The notes below the pieces were generated by a model, which saw only the letters and a list, made by a program, of their open reading frames with translations, did not search any database and had not been told where the DNA came from. From an uncultured Methanosarcinales archaeon (GTDB lineage: Archaea; Nanobdellota; Nanobdellia; Woesearchaeales; GW2011-AR9), in assembly GCA_964343575.1 (NCBI GenBank), contig CAYFJV010000001.1, forward strand, positions 596,705 through 660,704: a stretch of DNA of 64,000 nt, read 5' to 3'. This document shows positions 9,080-19,107 of this stretch, one piece after another. How positions within the stretch are numbered: position 1 is the first letter of the stretch; each line of letters begins with the position of its first letter. The position numbers were made by a program, and so were the translations under genes.

Positions 9080-10555
9080 ATGCTTGCTGAGGATAAAATT
9101 CTTAATTACCTTAAATTTAATGGGCCCAGTTTAGCTATTAACGTTGCAAAAGGGATTGGTGAACAAAATTTACTTGCTTCAGCTTTTCTCTCCGAACTTG
9201 CTTCTCGAAAAAAGGTAAGGATATCTCACCTTAAAATTGGAAGTTCTCCTTTGTATTTTTTGCCTGGACAGGAACCACAATTACTCAACTACAGTAAAGA
9301 TTTGAAAGCAAAGGATCAAGAAATCTTGGCAAAACTAGGTCATGAAAAAATTCTGCGAGAAAAAGAACTGGAACTCCTTGAGAAAGTTGTCCTACGGGCC
9401 TTGAAGGATTTTGCAGTGCCTCTTCAAGTTACTTTTGCTGGTCAAAAAGAACTCTTTTGGAAGTGGTACCTCTTGGATGCAGCGGAAGCCAACAATCGTA
9501 TTGCTCTTATCTTAAGTCCAGAAGTGCTTGCGCCTGAGCAAGAGAAAGAAGCTGCTGAAGAGAAGGTGGAAAAGAAAGTTGAAGAAGCTAAGAAAAGGAC
9601 AGAACAAGTAGAGAAAAAACAAGAGCTTGTTGAGGAGAAAGAAAAGTTGCTTGCAAAAGAAGAAGCTTCCGTACTTACTGAAAAGGGAGGGGTTTTGAAG
9701 AAAGAGAAAGAAAGTGTTCAAGCGTATCCTCCAAACACCACAGTAAAAGCTGAGGAAGAAGAGAAACAAGCTTATCCACCGGTTACTGCAAAGACCATTA
9801 AGAAAACTTCTGCGAGGGAAGAGGGAAGAGAAGAGAAAAGCTCCGAGCTTGAAGAAGACCAAGCGGAGAAGGAAGCTTTAGCTAAAAAGAAAAGAAAGAG
9901 AGTGAAGTTGGAGAAGGCCAAAGCCAAGCGTAAGAAAGTCAAGAAAAAGAAACAGGTGGCTGGAGCTCAGAAGAAAAAAGAAGAGCAAGTAACCTTGGTT
10001 GAAGCTCCAAAAGAAGAATTGGCCCCAAAGGCTGTTGAAGTTAAGGAAGAAAGTAAAGAGCTTGTTGAGCAGGAAGAAAAAGAAGTAGAAGTTACTCCTC
10101 TTGAAAAGGAGATTAGTGAAGAAACTCCTGAGAAAGTAGAAGCAAAAGAGGATTCTGCCCCTAAACAGTCGCTTGTAGGTAAACTTAAGGAGAAATTAAT
10201 TGGTAAGCGTAGAAAAAAAGTGAACGATGAGTTCTTACCTGTTGTACAAGCCTATCTTGATAAGATGAACATCGAACTTGTTGAGCATGATATTGTACGT
10301 AAGAATGCTGAGATTAATTTAACTATTAAAGTCTCTTCTGTAGTTGGCACTATGACCTATTTTTGTAAGGCAAAGAACAAGAAACGTTGTGATGAGCGTG
10401 ATCTAAGCGCCGCCTACATGGAAGCACAGATGAAAAAAATGCCTTTATTATTTTTGTACCCTGAAGGGATGACCAAGCGAGCAGAAGAGTTCTTGGCCTC
10501 GGGAGCTTTTGACAATTTGATGGCCAAGAAGATGGATGTTGAGAAAAAAGAGTGA
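9080..10555 (+). CDS. hypothetical protein: globular N-term, long K/E-rich linker, globular C-term
   Basis: long ORF abutting fen; TATTTAAA upstream. Confidence 0.7.
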   Translation: MLAEDKILNYLKFNGPSLAINVAKGIGEQNLLASAFLSELASRKKVRISHLKIGSSPLYFLPGQEPQLLNYSKDLKAKDQEILAKLGHEKILREKELELLEKVVLRALKDFAVPLQVTFAGQKELFWKWYLLDAAEANNRIALILSPEVLAPEQEKEAAEEKVEKKVEEAKKRTEQVEKKQELVEEKEKLLAKEEASVLTEKGGVLKKEKESVQAYPPNTTVKAEEEEKQAYPPVTAKTIKKTSAREEGREEKSSELEEDQAEKEALAKKKRKRVKLEKAKAKRKKVKKKKQVAGAQKKKEEQVTLVEAPKEELAPKAVEVKEESKELVEQEEKEVEVTPLEKEISEETPEKVEAKEDSAPKQSLVGKLKEKLIGKRRKKVNDEFLPVVQAYLDKMNIELVEHDIVRKNAEINLTIKVSSVVGTMTYFCKAKNKKRCDERDLSAAYMEAQMKKMPLLFLYPEGMTKRAEEFLASGAFDNLMAKKMDVEKKE

Positions 10556-11607
10556 TAGAGTTCTTTGAAATGGGATTAAAATTCAAACCAATTGTGGTCA
10601 AAAAAGAGATCAGTATTGCTGATTTGCACGGCAAAGTTTTGGCTGTCGATTCTATGAACATTTTGTACCAATTCTTGACAACTATTCGTCAGGCAGACGG
10701 CTCAGCTTTGACCAATTCTAAGGGAGAAGTAACTTCTCACTTGATTGGTTTGTTTAATCGAACGACATCACTTATGGAAGAAGGTGTAAAACTGGTCTTT
10801 GTTTTTGATGGGAAGGCTCCTGAGTTAAAGGAAATTACTCGGCAAAAGCGTAAGGCAATTAAAGAAGAAGCAAGCTTACTTTTGAAGCAAGCTGAGGAAG
10901 CAGGAGATGTTGAGGGCATGAGAAAATATGCTTCGCGTACTGTTCGCTTGACTTCTGAGATGATTGAAGATGCGAAAAAATTGGTAGGCTTGTTAGGGCT
11001 CCCTGTTGTTCAAGCGCCAAGTGAGGGTGAAGCGCAAACTGCTTACATGTCTGCTCGTGGGGATGTCTACGCCGCAGTAAGTCAAGATTATGATAACCTT
11101 ATTTTTGGTTGCTCACTTTTGGTGAAGAATTTATCTATTGCTGGACGTAAGAAGCGAGCTGGAAAGTTCGCTTACGATACTATCAAACCAGAGATTTTGT
11201 CTTTGGAAGAGAATCTTTCTGAGCTTGGTTTGGATAGAGATCAGCTTATTGTCCTTGCTATTCTTGTGGGAACTGATTATAACCCTGCAGGAATCAAAGG
11301 TATCGGTCCTAAGAAAGGATTGAAACTGCTTGAGAAGTTTGACCATGACTTTGATGCTGTGTTTGCTGAGGTAAATTGGGAAGAAAGTTATCCTGAAGTT
11401 TCCTGGAAAGAGATCTTTTCTGTGATTAAAGATATGCCAGTAACTGATGAGTATTCTTTGGATTGGGGAGATGTTGATGTTGATGGTTTGTATTCTTTTT
11501 TGATTGAAGAAAAAGAGTTTTCTGAAGGTCGTGTGAAATCAAAGGTTGGTAAGTTGCTTGAGAAGTTGAAAAAAGGAAAGCAAAAGGGCCTGGGTGAGTT
11601 TTTTTAG
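10552..11607 (+). CDS. fen: flap endonuclease 1
   Basis: YQFLTTIRQ, FVFDG, APSEGEAQ, SQDYD, GTDYN, C-terminal PIP box QKGLGEFF; likely start ATG 10570. Confidence 0.97.
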   Translation: MIEFFEMGLKFKPIVVKKEISIADLHGKVLAVDSMNILYQFLTTIRQADGSALTNSKGEVTSHLIGLFNRTTSLMEEGVKLVFVFDGKAPELKEITRQKRKAIKEEASLLLKQAEEAGDVEGMRKYASRTVRLTSEMIEDAKKLVGLLGLPVVQAPSEGEAQTAYMSARGDVYAAVSQDYDNLIFGCSLLVKNLSIAGRKKRAGKFAYDTIKPEILSLEENLSELGLDRDQLIVLAILVGTDYNPAGIKGIGPKKGLKLLEKFDHDFDAVFAEVNWEESYPEVSWKEIFSVIKDMPVTDEYSLDWGDVDVDGLYSFLIEEKEFSEGRVKSKVGKLLEKLKKGKQKGLGEFF

Positions 11608-11984
11608 TCTGCACAGTAGGAAGGGTCTTCTCTAAAATTTTTATTTCCACAATTATAGAAAACTTTTTCCTTGGTGGATCCAATTAATAATAAGTCTTGA
11701 AGCCCATCTGAGTTTCTATCTTCTACCTTTCTCACTTCAGTTGGCTCAGAGTTTGGAGAATCCAGATAGTCATGTGCAAAATAACCGGCCCCAACTAAAG
11801 CGCCGGCAAAAAAACCAAGCCCAATTGTTCTTGTTAAACAACCAGGAATTCCCTCTCCAAGATCTTTTAGAAGAAAATAAGGTAGTAAATGGGGCAACGC
11901 GCCGATTGGTACTTTTTCTCTCTCGTCCATATGGTGACTCCAGAGAAGGTTTTTCATAAAGATAAAGGACTCTCTTAAGGACAA
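11604..11984 (-). CDS. hypothetical membrane-anchored protein
   Basis: one TM segment, DRNSDGLQDL Ca-binding-like motif. Confidence 0.5.
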   Translation of the reverse strand: MSLRESFIFMKNLLWSHHMDEREKVPIGALPHLLPYFLLKDLGEGIPGCLTRTIGLGFFAGALVGAGYFAHDYLDSPNSEPTEVRKVEDRNSDGLQDLLLIGSTKEKVFYNCGNKNFREDPSYCAD

Positions 11985-11991
11985 CTAGCTC

Positions 11992-12747
11992 CTATTTCTC
12001 ATTTGCTTTCTCCCACATTTCCAAAAACTGATCTTTAAGCATAGAAGCAAAGGCAGGAGACTCAATCCAAAAAGTAAGATAGTCTTCTTCTTTTTCTATT
12101 TGGGGTTTACCAACAGTTACTCTGGCAATCTTGTTATCTATACTTGAGAAACGTATGCTCTTTTGTTTTGCTTTTGGATGAAAACGTATTTTTACTCCAA
12201 CCTTACGCCACTTTTTGTAAACTTCTTCTCTTTTAGAGTCTTTGTGGATCAGAAAACGAATATCAATTCCACGCCTCACAGCTTTTGTTACAAGTCTTGC
12301 ACTCTTTGCTCCCCAAATCAAAGAGCCGCCAAAAGAATATTGGTATTCTTCAAACTTTGGAGTTTGCTCTCCTAGTTTTGCAATAATATTTTTCTTTCCT
12401 TTAAGCACTGTTGCAATATCTTGGATGTCGGGGCGTTTTGCAGAAATACTTCTTTCAAGATTTGAAAGAGAACTTTTTATCTCCCTGATCTCTTTTTCTT
12501 GTTTTTCAACTAACTCTCTTAGTTTTTCTATTCCTGTTACTTTGTAAAACTTTGGTGTAAGGTCTAAACTAGAAACAAATCCTTGCTGAGCCAACTTAAT
12601 GAGGGACTCATAGACCTTATTACTTGGTACAGAGGATGCTCTAGATATTACTGAGGCCTTAGAAGGTCCAAGCCTTACAAGAGTGAGATAAATTTTAGTT
12701 TCATAATCTGTAAAACCTAATTTTTTGAGGAGTTTTTTGTGATCCAT
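11992..12747 (-). CDS. TrmB-family transcriptional regulator
   Basis: LGFTDYETKIYLTL...VPSNKVYESL HTH plus C-terminal effector-type domain. Confidence 0.9.
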   Translation of the reverse strand: MDHKKLLKKLGFTDYETKIYLTLVRLGPSKASVISRASSVPSNKVYESLIKLAQQGFVSSLDLTPKFYKVTGIEKLRELVEKQEKEIREIKSSLSNLERSISAKRPDIQDIATVLKGKKNIIAKLGEQTPKFEEYQYSFGGSLIWGAKSARLVTKAVRRGIDIRFLIHKDSKREEVYKKWRKVGVKIRFHPKAKQKSIRFSSIDNKIARVTVGKPQIEKEEDYLTFWIESPAFASMLKDQFLEMWEKANEK

Positions 12748-12815
12748 TTTTTAGTACCTTTAGTACTGAAAAGAGTCCTTTATTTTTAACTGCTTCTCTT
12801 GAAATTGCTTTTTTC

Positions 12816-13610
12816 ATGAAGATTATGAAAAGTTATGATGAAATCCTCGATGAATTAGATCAACAATCCTATTGCACAGTTTCTTTTCCCTTAAGTACCG
12901 CTTACCTTCAGGATGTTGCAGATTCTTTTTTGCGTTTTTTAGAAGGAGATGAGAAAGAACGCTTTGCTGCAATTCATCTTGACCCAGACAATAGAGGAAC
13001 AAGTGTTGGCTATGTAATAAAACAAAGAGAATTTGGTGACCTTGACAACAAAGAGTACTTCCATTATAATGAGTTCCTTGAAGAATTGTTTGCAGAGGAG
13101 CTTGCTTCTTGTGGGGAGCTCGCAAAAGAATTTATTGCTAAGGCTCGTAAAGTCTACCGAATTGCTAAAGGAAAACTAGAAGAAATTGTTGGGATCCTTG
13201 AGAGAGAACATCCTGGAGTTCAAGAACGTTTTTTTCCTCCTGGGAAAAAGCCCTTCTTGTATCTTCGCTTTTTGAAGTACAAAAGTAATACAGACCGTTT
13301 TCTAGCAAAGGCTCACTTTGATAGAGGCACTTGCACACTTGCACTTGCAGAAAGCGCTCCAGGTCTGCGTATTGGAAGGGGTCCCGAAAGTTTGCAAAAA
13401 GTTGATCACCAGGAATACAGTGCACTCTTCTTTCCCTCAGCTACTTTCCCAGAGGAAGTCTCAGGGAATTTTCATCCTGCCTGGCATGATGTAAAGCAGC
13501 GAGAAGGAGTACAGTATAGTGAAGAAGTCACTAGGTGGGCCATCGTTTTATTTGCAGACATGCAAGATACACGCAACATTAGTTTTGAGGAAGCTCATCG
13601 CTTGGCATAG
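12816..13610 (+). CDS. 2OG-Fe(II) oxygenase-family protein
   Basis: LRFLKY, HFD (HxD), PGL, distal H (AWHDV), RWAIVLF. Confidence 0.75.
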   Translation: MKIMKSYDEILDELDQQSYCTVSFPLSTAYLQDVADSFLRFLEGDEKERFAAIHLDPDNRGTSVGYVIKQREFGDLDNKEYFHYNEFLEELFAEELASCGELAKEFIAKARKVYRIAKGKLEEIVGILEREHPGVQERFFPPGKKPFLYLRFLKYKSNTDRFLAKAHFDRGTCTLALAESAPGLRIGRGPESLQKVDHQEYSALFFPSATFPEEVSGNFHPAWHDVKQREGVQYSEEVTRWAIVLFADMQDTRNISFEEAHRLA

Positions 13611-14473
13611 CCTTTGCTCACTTGCTCCGACCAGAAACTCGGCAAGGGGTTTTTCATAAAGCCCCTGAACTTGTCTGCATAGACATAAGTAAGCCCGTGT
13701 TCATGTTCTTCTTGCAATTCTTCAAACTCTTCTTTGATCTCTGCATAAATGTCCTTGATCTTTTTTCGCTCAAAATCTACTTGAAGCAGAGAACTAGGTT
13801 TTAGTAAGAGGAAATCTGCTTGACGCAATGCATTAATTTCTAAATTGGATGAATTTTGCGTGATGAATAATACGCTGAGATCTTTGTGCCTGGCAATGAA
13901 AAGAATCTCTGAGAGCAGCTTGTTTGCATTGCTCATACTGCTCCTGCTGCTAAACTCAATGCCACCTTCATCGACGAGCAAGATTGCGTCATTTTGCGCC
14001 TCATCAAGTCTTTTAATCACTTGTACCCATTCTGGCAAGGAATCTTGTTTAAAACCCATAGCATAGATGTGTTTTTCAGTTTGCGCTGCAAAGTTCTCTA
14101 AAAGATGCATACCAAGTGCGCTTTTTCCCGTACCTCTTGCTCCAAGAATGATACCAATACTGCTTTTGTTTTTGTGAAGGAGGGAGGTGAATTTTTCTAA
14201 ACTTCCTTTATGTTTTCTAATTTGTTCTGGCTCTTGAAACTTTGCTTTTGTTTTTCTTGTAATTTTGAGTTTTTCAGCACGCTTTGCTTCTTTTTTTTGT
14301 AACTTGTTTTCTTTTGCCTTCTGAGAGGAAGATTTTATTTTTTTGTAGGTGAGCGAGCCCAGTTTCCCAATACCTTTTGCAGTTGCTTTTGTTGCTCTCC
14401 ATCCAGTGAGCCCTAAGAATCTAAACGCCTTTTTTGTGTTCTTTTTGATCTTCTTTTTGCTGCTCTTTTTCAT
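13595..14473 (-). CDS. P-loop ATPase with basic N-terminus
   Basis: Walker A GARGTGKS, Walker B LLVDE, ARHK...ITQ. Confidence 0.75.
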   Translation of the reverse strand: MKKSSKKKIKKNTKKAFRFLGLTGWRATKATAKGIGKLGSLTYKKIKSSSQKAKENKLQKKEAKRAEKLKITRKTKAKFQEPEQIRKHKGSLEKFTSLLHKNKSSIGIILGARGTGKSALGMHLLENFAAQTEKHIYAMGFKQDSLPEWVQVIKRLDEAQNDAILLVDEGGIEFSSRSSMSNANKLLSEILFIARHKDLSVLFITQNSSNLEINALRQADFLLLKPSSLLQVDFERKKIKDIYAEIKEEFEELQEEHEHGLTYVYADKFRGFMKNPLPSFWSEQVSKGYAKR

Positions 14474-14534
14474 AGCTTTTTAGGGCTTGCATAGCTTTAT
14501 AAATCCTTGCTCTTTGAGGAGAAAAGTAAGAAAT

Positions 14535-15644
14535 ATGGTATGGGCAGCAAAGGTAGCATTGCGAGATGCACAGGAAGTGAAGAAGTATTTGCTAGAGAAA
14601 TCTCTAATGGATTTGAGTCGCAAGAGCGTTCGTGAAGGAGACTTTTTATACTTTGCTTTACCTGAGAAGATTAGTAGCGTTTCTGATTCAGTTAGTTTTG
14701 AAGTTGTTGAGAAAGAGCTTCCTTTGAAGGAGAAGAAAAAAACAATTGAGAGTTTGCTCTCTTCTGTTTTGAGTGCCGATGAATTAAAACTTGTACCACG
14801 CAGCCAAGAAGTAGTTGGTGATATCTTGATCCTTGAGATTCCAGAAGAACTGATGGGCTTTGAGAAAGAAATTGCAGAGGCCTATTTAGAGCTGCACAAG
14901 AATGTTAAAGTTGTTGTGAAGAAAACAGAAATTCATTCTGGTGTCTTTCGCACTCGTGGGGTAGAAGTCATTGCTGGAGAGAACAGAAAGGAGACCGTGC
15001 ATTTAGAAAGTGGCGTGCGTATTAAGTTAAATTTGGAAGAGAGTTATTTCTCTGCACGTTTGGGTCATGAGCGTTTGCGTATCGCAGAACAGGTTGCGGA
15101 TGGTGAGAGGGTGCTTGCGATGTTCTCTGGATCTGGACCTTATCCTCTTGTTCTTGCTCGGCATTCGCAAGCTTCTTTTATTCTTGGTGTTGAAATTAAT
15201 CCAAAGGCACATGCTTTTGCTCTTGAGAATCTGGAGTTGAACAAAGTTAATTATTACTGGGAGCGTGATGATGAAAATAACAAAAAGAAGAGGCGAGCGC
15301 TTCCTGCGGGGAAGGAGCGTGTGCGCTTGATCAATGGTGATGTTCGTGAAGTATTGCCAAAGCTTGTTAGTGAAGGTATCGAGAAGTTTGATCGTGTGCT
15401 TATGCCACTTCCAAAGACCAGTGAAGAATTTCTAGATGTTGCACTACCGATGGTCAAAGTAGGTGGAGTGATTAACTTGTATGCTTTTTTGAATGAAAAG
15501 GATATTGCAGCCGAAGGTGAGCGAGTTGTTAAGATTTGTAAAGAACTTGGCTACGTTGTTGAGATTGAGCGAGCAGTAAAGTGTGGCCAGCACGCACCTT
15601 ATGTGTATAGGGTTTGTTATGATATCAAAGTTGTAAGCGCCTGA
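14535..15644 (+). CDS. trm5: Trm5/TYW2-family tRNA methyltransferase
   Basis: VVGDI, YFSARLGHER, MFSGSGPY, EINP, DRVLMPLP. Confidence 0.85.
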   Translation: MVWAAKVALRDAQEVKKYLLEKSLMDLSRKSVREGDFLYFALPEKISSVSDSVSFEVVEKELPLKEKKKTIESLLSSVLSADELKLVPRSQEVVGDILILEIPEELMGFEKEIAEAYLELHKNVKVVVKKTEIHSGVFRTRGVEVIAGENRKETVHLESGVRIKLNLEESYFSARLGHERLRIAEQVADGERVLAMFSGSGPYPLVLARHSQASFILGVEINPKAHAFALENLELNKVNYYWERDDENNKKKRRALPAGKERVRLINGDVREVLPKLVSEGIEKFDRVLMPLPKTSEEFLDVALPMVKVGGVINLYAFLNEKDIAAEGERVVKICKELGYVVEIERAVKCGQHAPYVYRVCYDIKVVSA

Positions 15645-16809
15645 GATTGCTAATTCTATCCAATACTTGAGCGTCCCTACAGTTTGCGTGTAATCTTCTT
15701 AATCTTTCATCAGTAATTGCGTTTGGATCTTCTGGGTCAAGACAATTAATTGCGATCAATCTTTCATCCAAAGCTGTTCTTGGCAATCTCCCCGGACTGG
15801 TTGGATCAATAGTCAAAGTTATTTCTGGGTTATCATACACTGGGTGACCAAAGAAAGGGGTTGAGAAACGTGCAACGTTTGGACCCCCTGTTGCCGCAGG
15901 ATTGACTACACGGTGAATCACACTTCTAAGGAGACCTCCTGTTGATTCTTGAAGCATATCTCCCACATTCTCTACCACGCAATCCAAATCTTTTGGTATC
16001 TCTGCATCAATCCAAACACCACCACTTTCATAGCGACCGCCTAAGAGTAAATTGCTTACTCTTTTAACATCTGGTTCTGGAATGTGTGTTTCTGCCCAAT
16101 TAGATACTCTTTCCGAGTCTTGCCTTCTTAGCAAACTTTCTAACTCCCTAATCGCATCACTACCCACTCCAACTAATGGTGCAAGAATTTGCAAACCTGG
16201 CTCCCATTTTTTTGCTGCCAGAGTAGTGTTCATATTAATATCACCATGTGCACCCGCCCTAAAAGCAGAGGGGGTTCCTTTAACAGGAGGATAATGTATT
16301 GCACGAATGAGGCTATCTCCTCCTCGACACATTTTGTCAAAATATCTTTCAGGAATGTCAAGACCAACTGCCACTGCACTTAAAATGTCTAAAGAAAACT
16401 CTTCCATTGCAAGATACACTTGTCCTAGTGCATCCCATTCTTCAATGCCCTCTGGAACTAGGTTAGAACCATAAGAAGAAGGTTTTGTTGGATGCCTTGC
16501 TTGCCAAAACTCTTTGAGGTCATGTTCCTTTGCTCCCGCTGCAATCTCAACACCTAAAGAAGTGTATCCTACTTGTCTTCCTAATTCTGGACGTTCATAT
16601 TGCCTTTTAAATTCTGAAGACCTTGCAAAGAATCTTTGAATTGCTCGGTGCATAGCACCCATACGATCTTCGGGGAGACCGTGATGCTTTATTGCAACAA
16701 AACCAACTGCCCTATACGCAGTGATCAAAGTGTCAACAAACCTTGCTCTTTCTGGAGGAGCGCCATCTCGAAATTCTCTCATATCTAAGACAGGAATTGA
16801 ATAGATCAC
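15625..16809 (-). CDS. isopenicillin-N-synthase-like 2OG-Fe(II) oxygenase
   Basis: IPVLD, GFVAIKHHG, DLKEF, RAIHYPP, AHGD, NVGDML, HRVVNP, RFSTPFF. Confidence 0.88.
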   Translation of the reverse strand: MIYSIPVLDMREFRDGAPPERARFVDTLITAYRAVGFVAIKHHGLPEDRMGAMHRAIQRFFARSSEFKRQYERPELGRQVGYTSLGVEIAAGAKEHDLKEFWQARHPTKPSSYGSNLVPEGIEEWDALGQVYLAMEEFSLDILSAVAVGLDIPERYFDKMCRGGDSLIRAIHYPPVKGTPSAFRAGAHGDINMNTTLAAKKWEPGLQILAPLVGVGSDAIRELESLLRRQDSERVSNWAETHIPEPDVKRVSNLLLGGRYESGGVWIDAEIPKDLDCVVENVGDMLQESTGGLLRSVIHRVVNPAATGGPNVARFSTPFFGHPVYDNPEITLTIDPTSPGRLPRTALDERLIAINCLDPEDPNAITDERLRRLHANCRDAQVLDRISNLRRLQL

Positions 16810-16956
16810 AAAACTTGTCTTTCTTTTATCATTTAAATCGTTTTATATGACAGAATGTACAAATGTTTTTATCTCCCATGGCCTTTTCTCCTACTTTTCT
16901 TTCGGCATTAGTTCTGAAGCAGTAGCTTTATATAAGCACAAGAGTTTGTGGATTTT

Positions 16957-17886
16957 ATGAAGCAACGAGTGGTCCCACACCAAATATTCTGTATCTACAA
17001 AGATCCAAAAGGAAGGCGTTTGTACACAAAATCCTTACTTAAGCCCGCTCAAAGTCACTTCGGTGAACGACTTGTAAAAGAAGGTGGAGAGGTCTATCGT
17101 GAGTGGGAAGCAAAACGAAGCAAGCTTGCTGCAACCGTAATGAATGGCTGCTCTAACACCGGAATTCGTGAAGGGTCAACAGTTCTCTATTTAGGAGCAT
17201 CTCATGGATTTACTCCTAGCTTTGTTTCTGATATGATCGGTCGTGAGGGCTTTATGTTTGCTCTTGATTTTTCTCCAGAAGTTACTCGAGATCTTGTTTT
17301 TTTGGCTGAAGAGAGGGAAAACATCGCACCAATTTTGGGTGATGCAAATCAGCCGGAGAGCTATGCTGATAAAGTGAGCCAAGTTGATGTGGTCTTTCAA
17401 GATGTTGCTCAAAAAAACCAGGCAGAGATCTTTTTGAAAAACTGCAGGCTGTTCTTGAAAGAAGGTGGCTTTGGTTTGCTCGCAATTAAAGCGCGTAGCA
17501 TTGATATTAAACGTAAAGCAAAAGAAATCTGTCAGGAAGTGCGTGACCTTGTTGAGAAGGAGTTTATGGTGGTAGATTTTCGTGATCTTGCTCCACATGA
17601 GAAGGAGCATTACATGCTTGTGATCAAAAAACGTCCTCCTGTTGAAGAAGTTAAGAAGGCTAACGCTAAGAAAAATGCTGGAAGAGTAAAGGGAGTTGAC
17701 TTTACTCACCGACGTGAAGGGAAGAAATTTGAGAGAAGAGAGAGAAAATCCGGACCTGGGAGTAGAGATGGTTCTGAAAGATCTGATCGGCGAAGAAGTG
17801 AGAGCCGAGGAAGAAATTCTACTAGTCAAAAAAGGGGCCAGAAGTCACGAAGTCCTGCACCAAAGTTTGTGCGAAAGAAGAGATAG
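16957..17886 (+). CDS. flpA: fibrillarin-like rRNA/tRNA 2'-O-methyltransferase
   Basis: YREW..KRSKLAA, VLYLGASHG, NIAPILGDANQP, FQDVAQKNQ, KARSID. Confidence 0.93.
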   Translation: MKQRVVPHQIFCIYKDPKGRRLYTKSLLKPAQSHFGERLVKEGGEVYREWEAKRSKLAATVMNGCSNTGIREGSTVLYLGASHGFTPSFVSDMIGREGFMFALDFSPEVTRDLVFLAEERENIAPILGDANQPESYADKVSQVDVVFQDVAQKNQAEIFLKNCRLFLKEGGFGLLAIKARSIDIKRKAKEICQEVRDLVEKEFMVVDFRDLAPHEKEHYMLVIKKRPPVEEVKKANAKKNAGRVKGVDFTHRREGKKFERRERKSGPGSRDGSERSDRRRSESRGRNSTSQKRGQKSRSPAPKFVRKKR

Positions 17887-17903
17887 TTTTGGAGGGCTAA
17901 GAA

Positions 17904-18305
17904 ATGAAGCTTTATAGGGGGATAAAAGAAGACTTCATCTTCCTTGATGAAAAGGCCCAGGAGCAGAATAAACAGATTTGGAAAAAGATCCTTGAATTGA
18001 GATCTAAAGGAGATTTTAGTTATCCTCAAGAAACAAATTCTGAAATCCTTACTCTTCGTAAACAAGAACGCTTGGCTCTGCAAAACTTTACAGATAATAA
18101 AAAAATTGCAGAGCGTTATGCGCGCCAAGAAAAAGGTTTTATTGTCGAGATTGATGTTCCAAAAAAAGAGATTCTCTCCCTCTTTCGTATTGAGTTTCAG
18201 AACTTTTCAAAACGCAAAGAAAAATTTGAACTAGTGTATGTGGTGAGTGGAGAAAACCTTCATAAGTTTGCGAAAAAGTGGAAATTAAAAATTAGAAAAA
18301 GGTAA
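17904..18305 (+). CDS. hypothetical protein, possible ADP-ribosyltransferase-like fold
   Basis: KLYRG ... NFTDNKKIAERYA ... IVEIDVP ... FEL pattern. Confidence 0.4.
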   Translation: MKLYRGIKEDFIFLDEKAQEQNKQIWKKILELRSKGDFSYPQETNSEILTLRKQERLALQNFTDNKKIAERYARQEKGFIVEIDVPKKEILSLFRIEFQNFSKRKEKFELVYVVSGENLHKFAKKWKLKIRKR

Positions 18306-18315
18306 AGAGGATCTT

Positions 18316-18549
18316 CTAGTTCTCTTCAACCTTAATGATTTGCACAGGACAGACCTGCTCAGCTTCTTGATTCTCTGCCTTTGCTTCAAATGTAGAGAAT
18401 TCTTTTTCCCAGTGGTCTTCTTTTTGGGTCGCTCCCTTTAGTTGAGCTAAACCTTCTTCATCCATTTCCCAATACTTTGGAGCAATTGCTGCGCAGGCGC
18501 CGCAACTAATACAATCTTTCTTGTGATGAATTACTTTGAATTTGGTCAT
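18316..18549 (-). CDS. ferredoxin
   Basis: CISCGAC ... VCPVQII. Confidence 0.9.
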   Translation of the reverse strand: MTKFKVIHHKKDCISCGACAAIAPKYWEMDEEGLAQLKGATQKEDHWEKEFSTFEAKAENQEAEQVCPVQIIKVEEN

Positions 18550-18681
18550 TTTTTGTTTAAACTTTGAATTGACTTCAGATTTGAAGAGGAAGGAGGGGTT
18601 TCTTCTTTGTTTTTTAAAGATTATGGGGAGAATTACGAAGAAAAATGAGAAGAAAAAGAAAAAAAGGTTTGTCTAGAAGAC

Positions 18682-19077
18682 TTAGCCAGACTCCCAGACG
18701 CAATCTGTCTTTGCTGCCAAGGTTGTAAAGGTTTGAACTCCTGTAGTCCTTGATCCGTCAGCAAAAATCCAGGTCGGATAGGCTTGCACTCCTGCAGCAG
18801 CGCAAAGTTCCTGCTCTTGACTACACTCAATGTAAGGTAATGCGTCTTGAGCTGAACCGAACTGTTCTTTTTGTGTTTCACAATAATAACAAGTGTAAGC
18901 GCCATACATTTTTGCTCCTGATTCCTCAAGGCAAGTTGCAAGCGCCAAAAGTTCTTCATGGTTCTCACTAATTACTGGTTCTGACTGACAAGCGCTTAAG
19001 AGTAAAGCAAATGCTGCAAGAAAAGTTACCAGCAGTAAGGTTGTTCTTCTCATTTTATTTCTCCCTCTGTTCTCCAT
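18682..19077 (-). CDS. thioredoxin/glutaredoxin-like lipoprotein
   Basis: lipobox LSAC; MYGAYTCYYC, YIEC, YPTW. Confidence 0.8.
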   Translation of the reverse strand: MENRGRNKMRRTTLLLVTFLAAFALLLSACQSEPVISENHEELLALATCLEESGAKMYGAYTCYYCETQKEQFGSAQDALPYIECSQEQELCAAAGVQAYPTWIFADGSRTTGVQTFTTLAAKTDCVWESG

Positions 19078-19107
19078 TTGTTTTCTTTATTATTTGTGTC
19101 TTTATTT

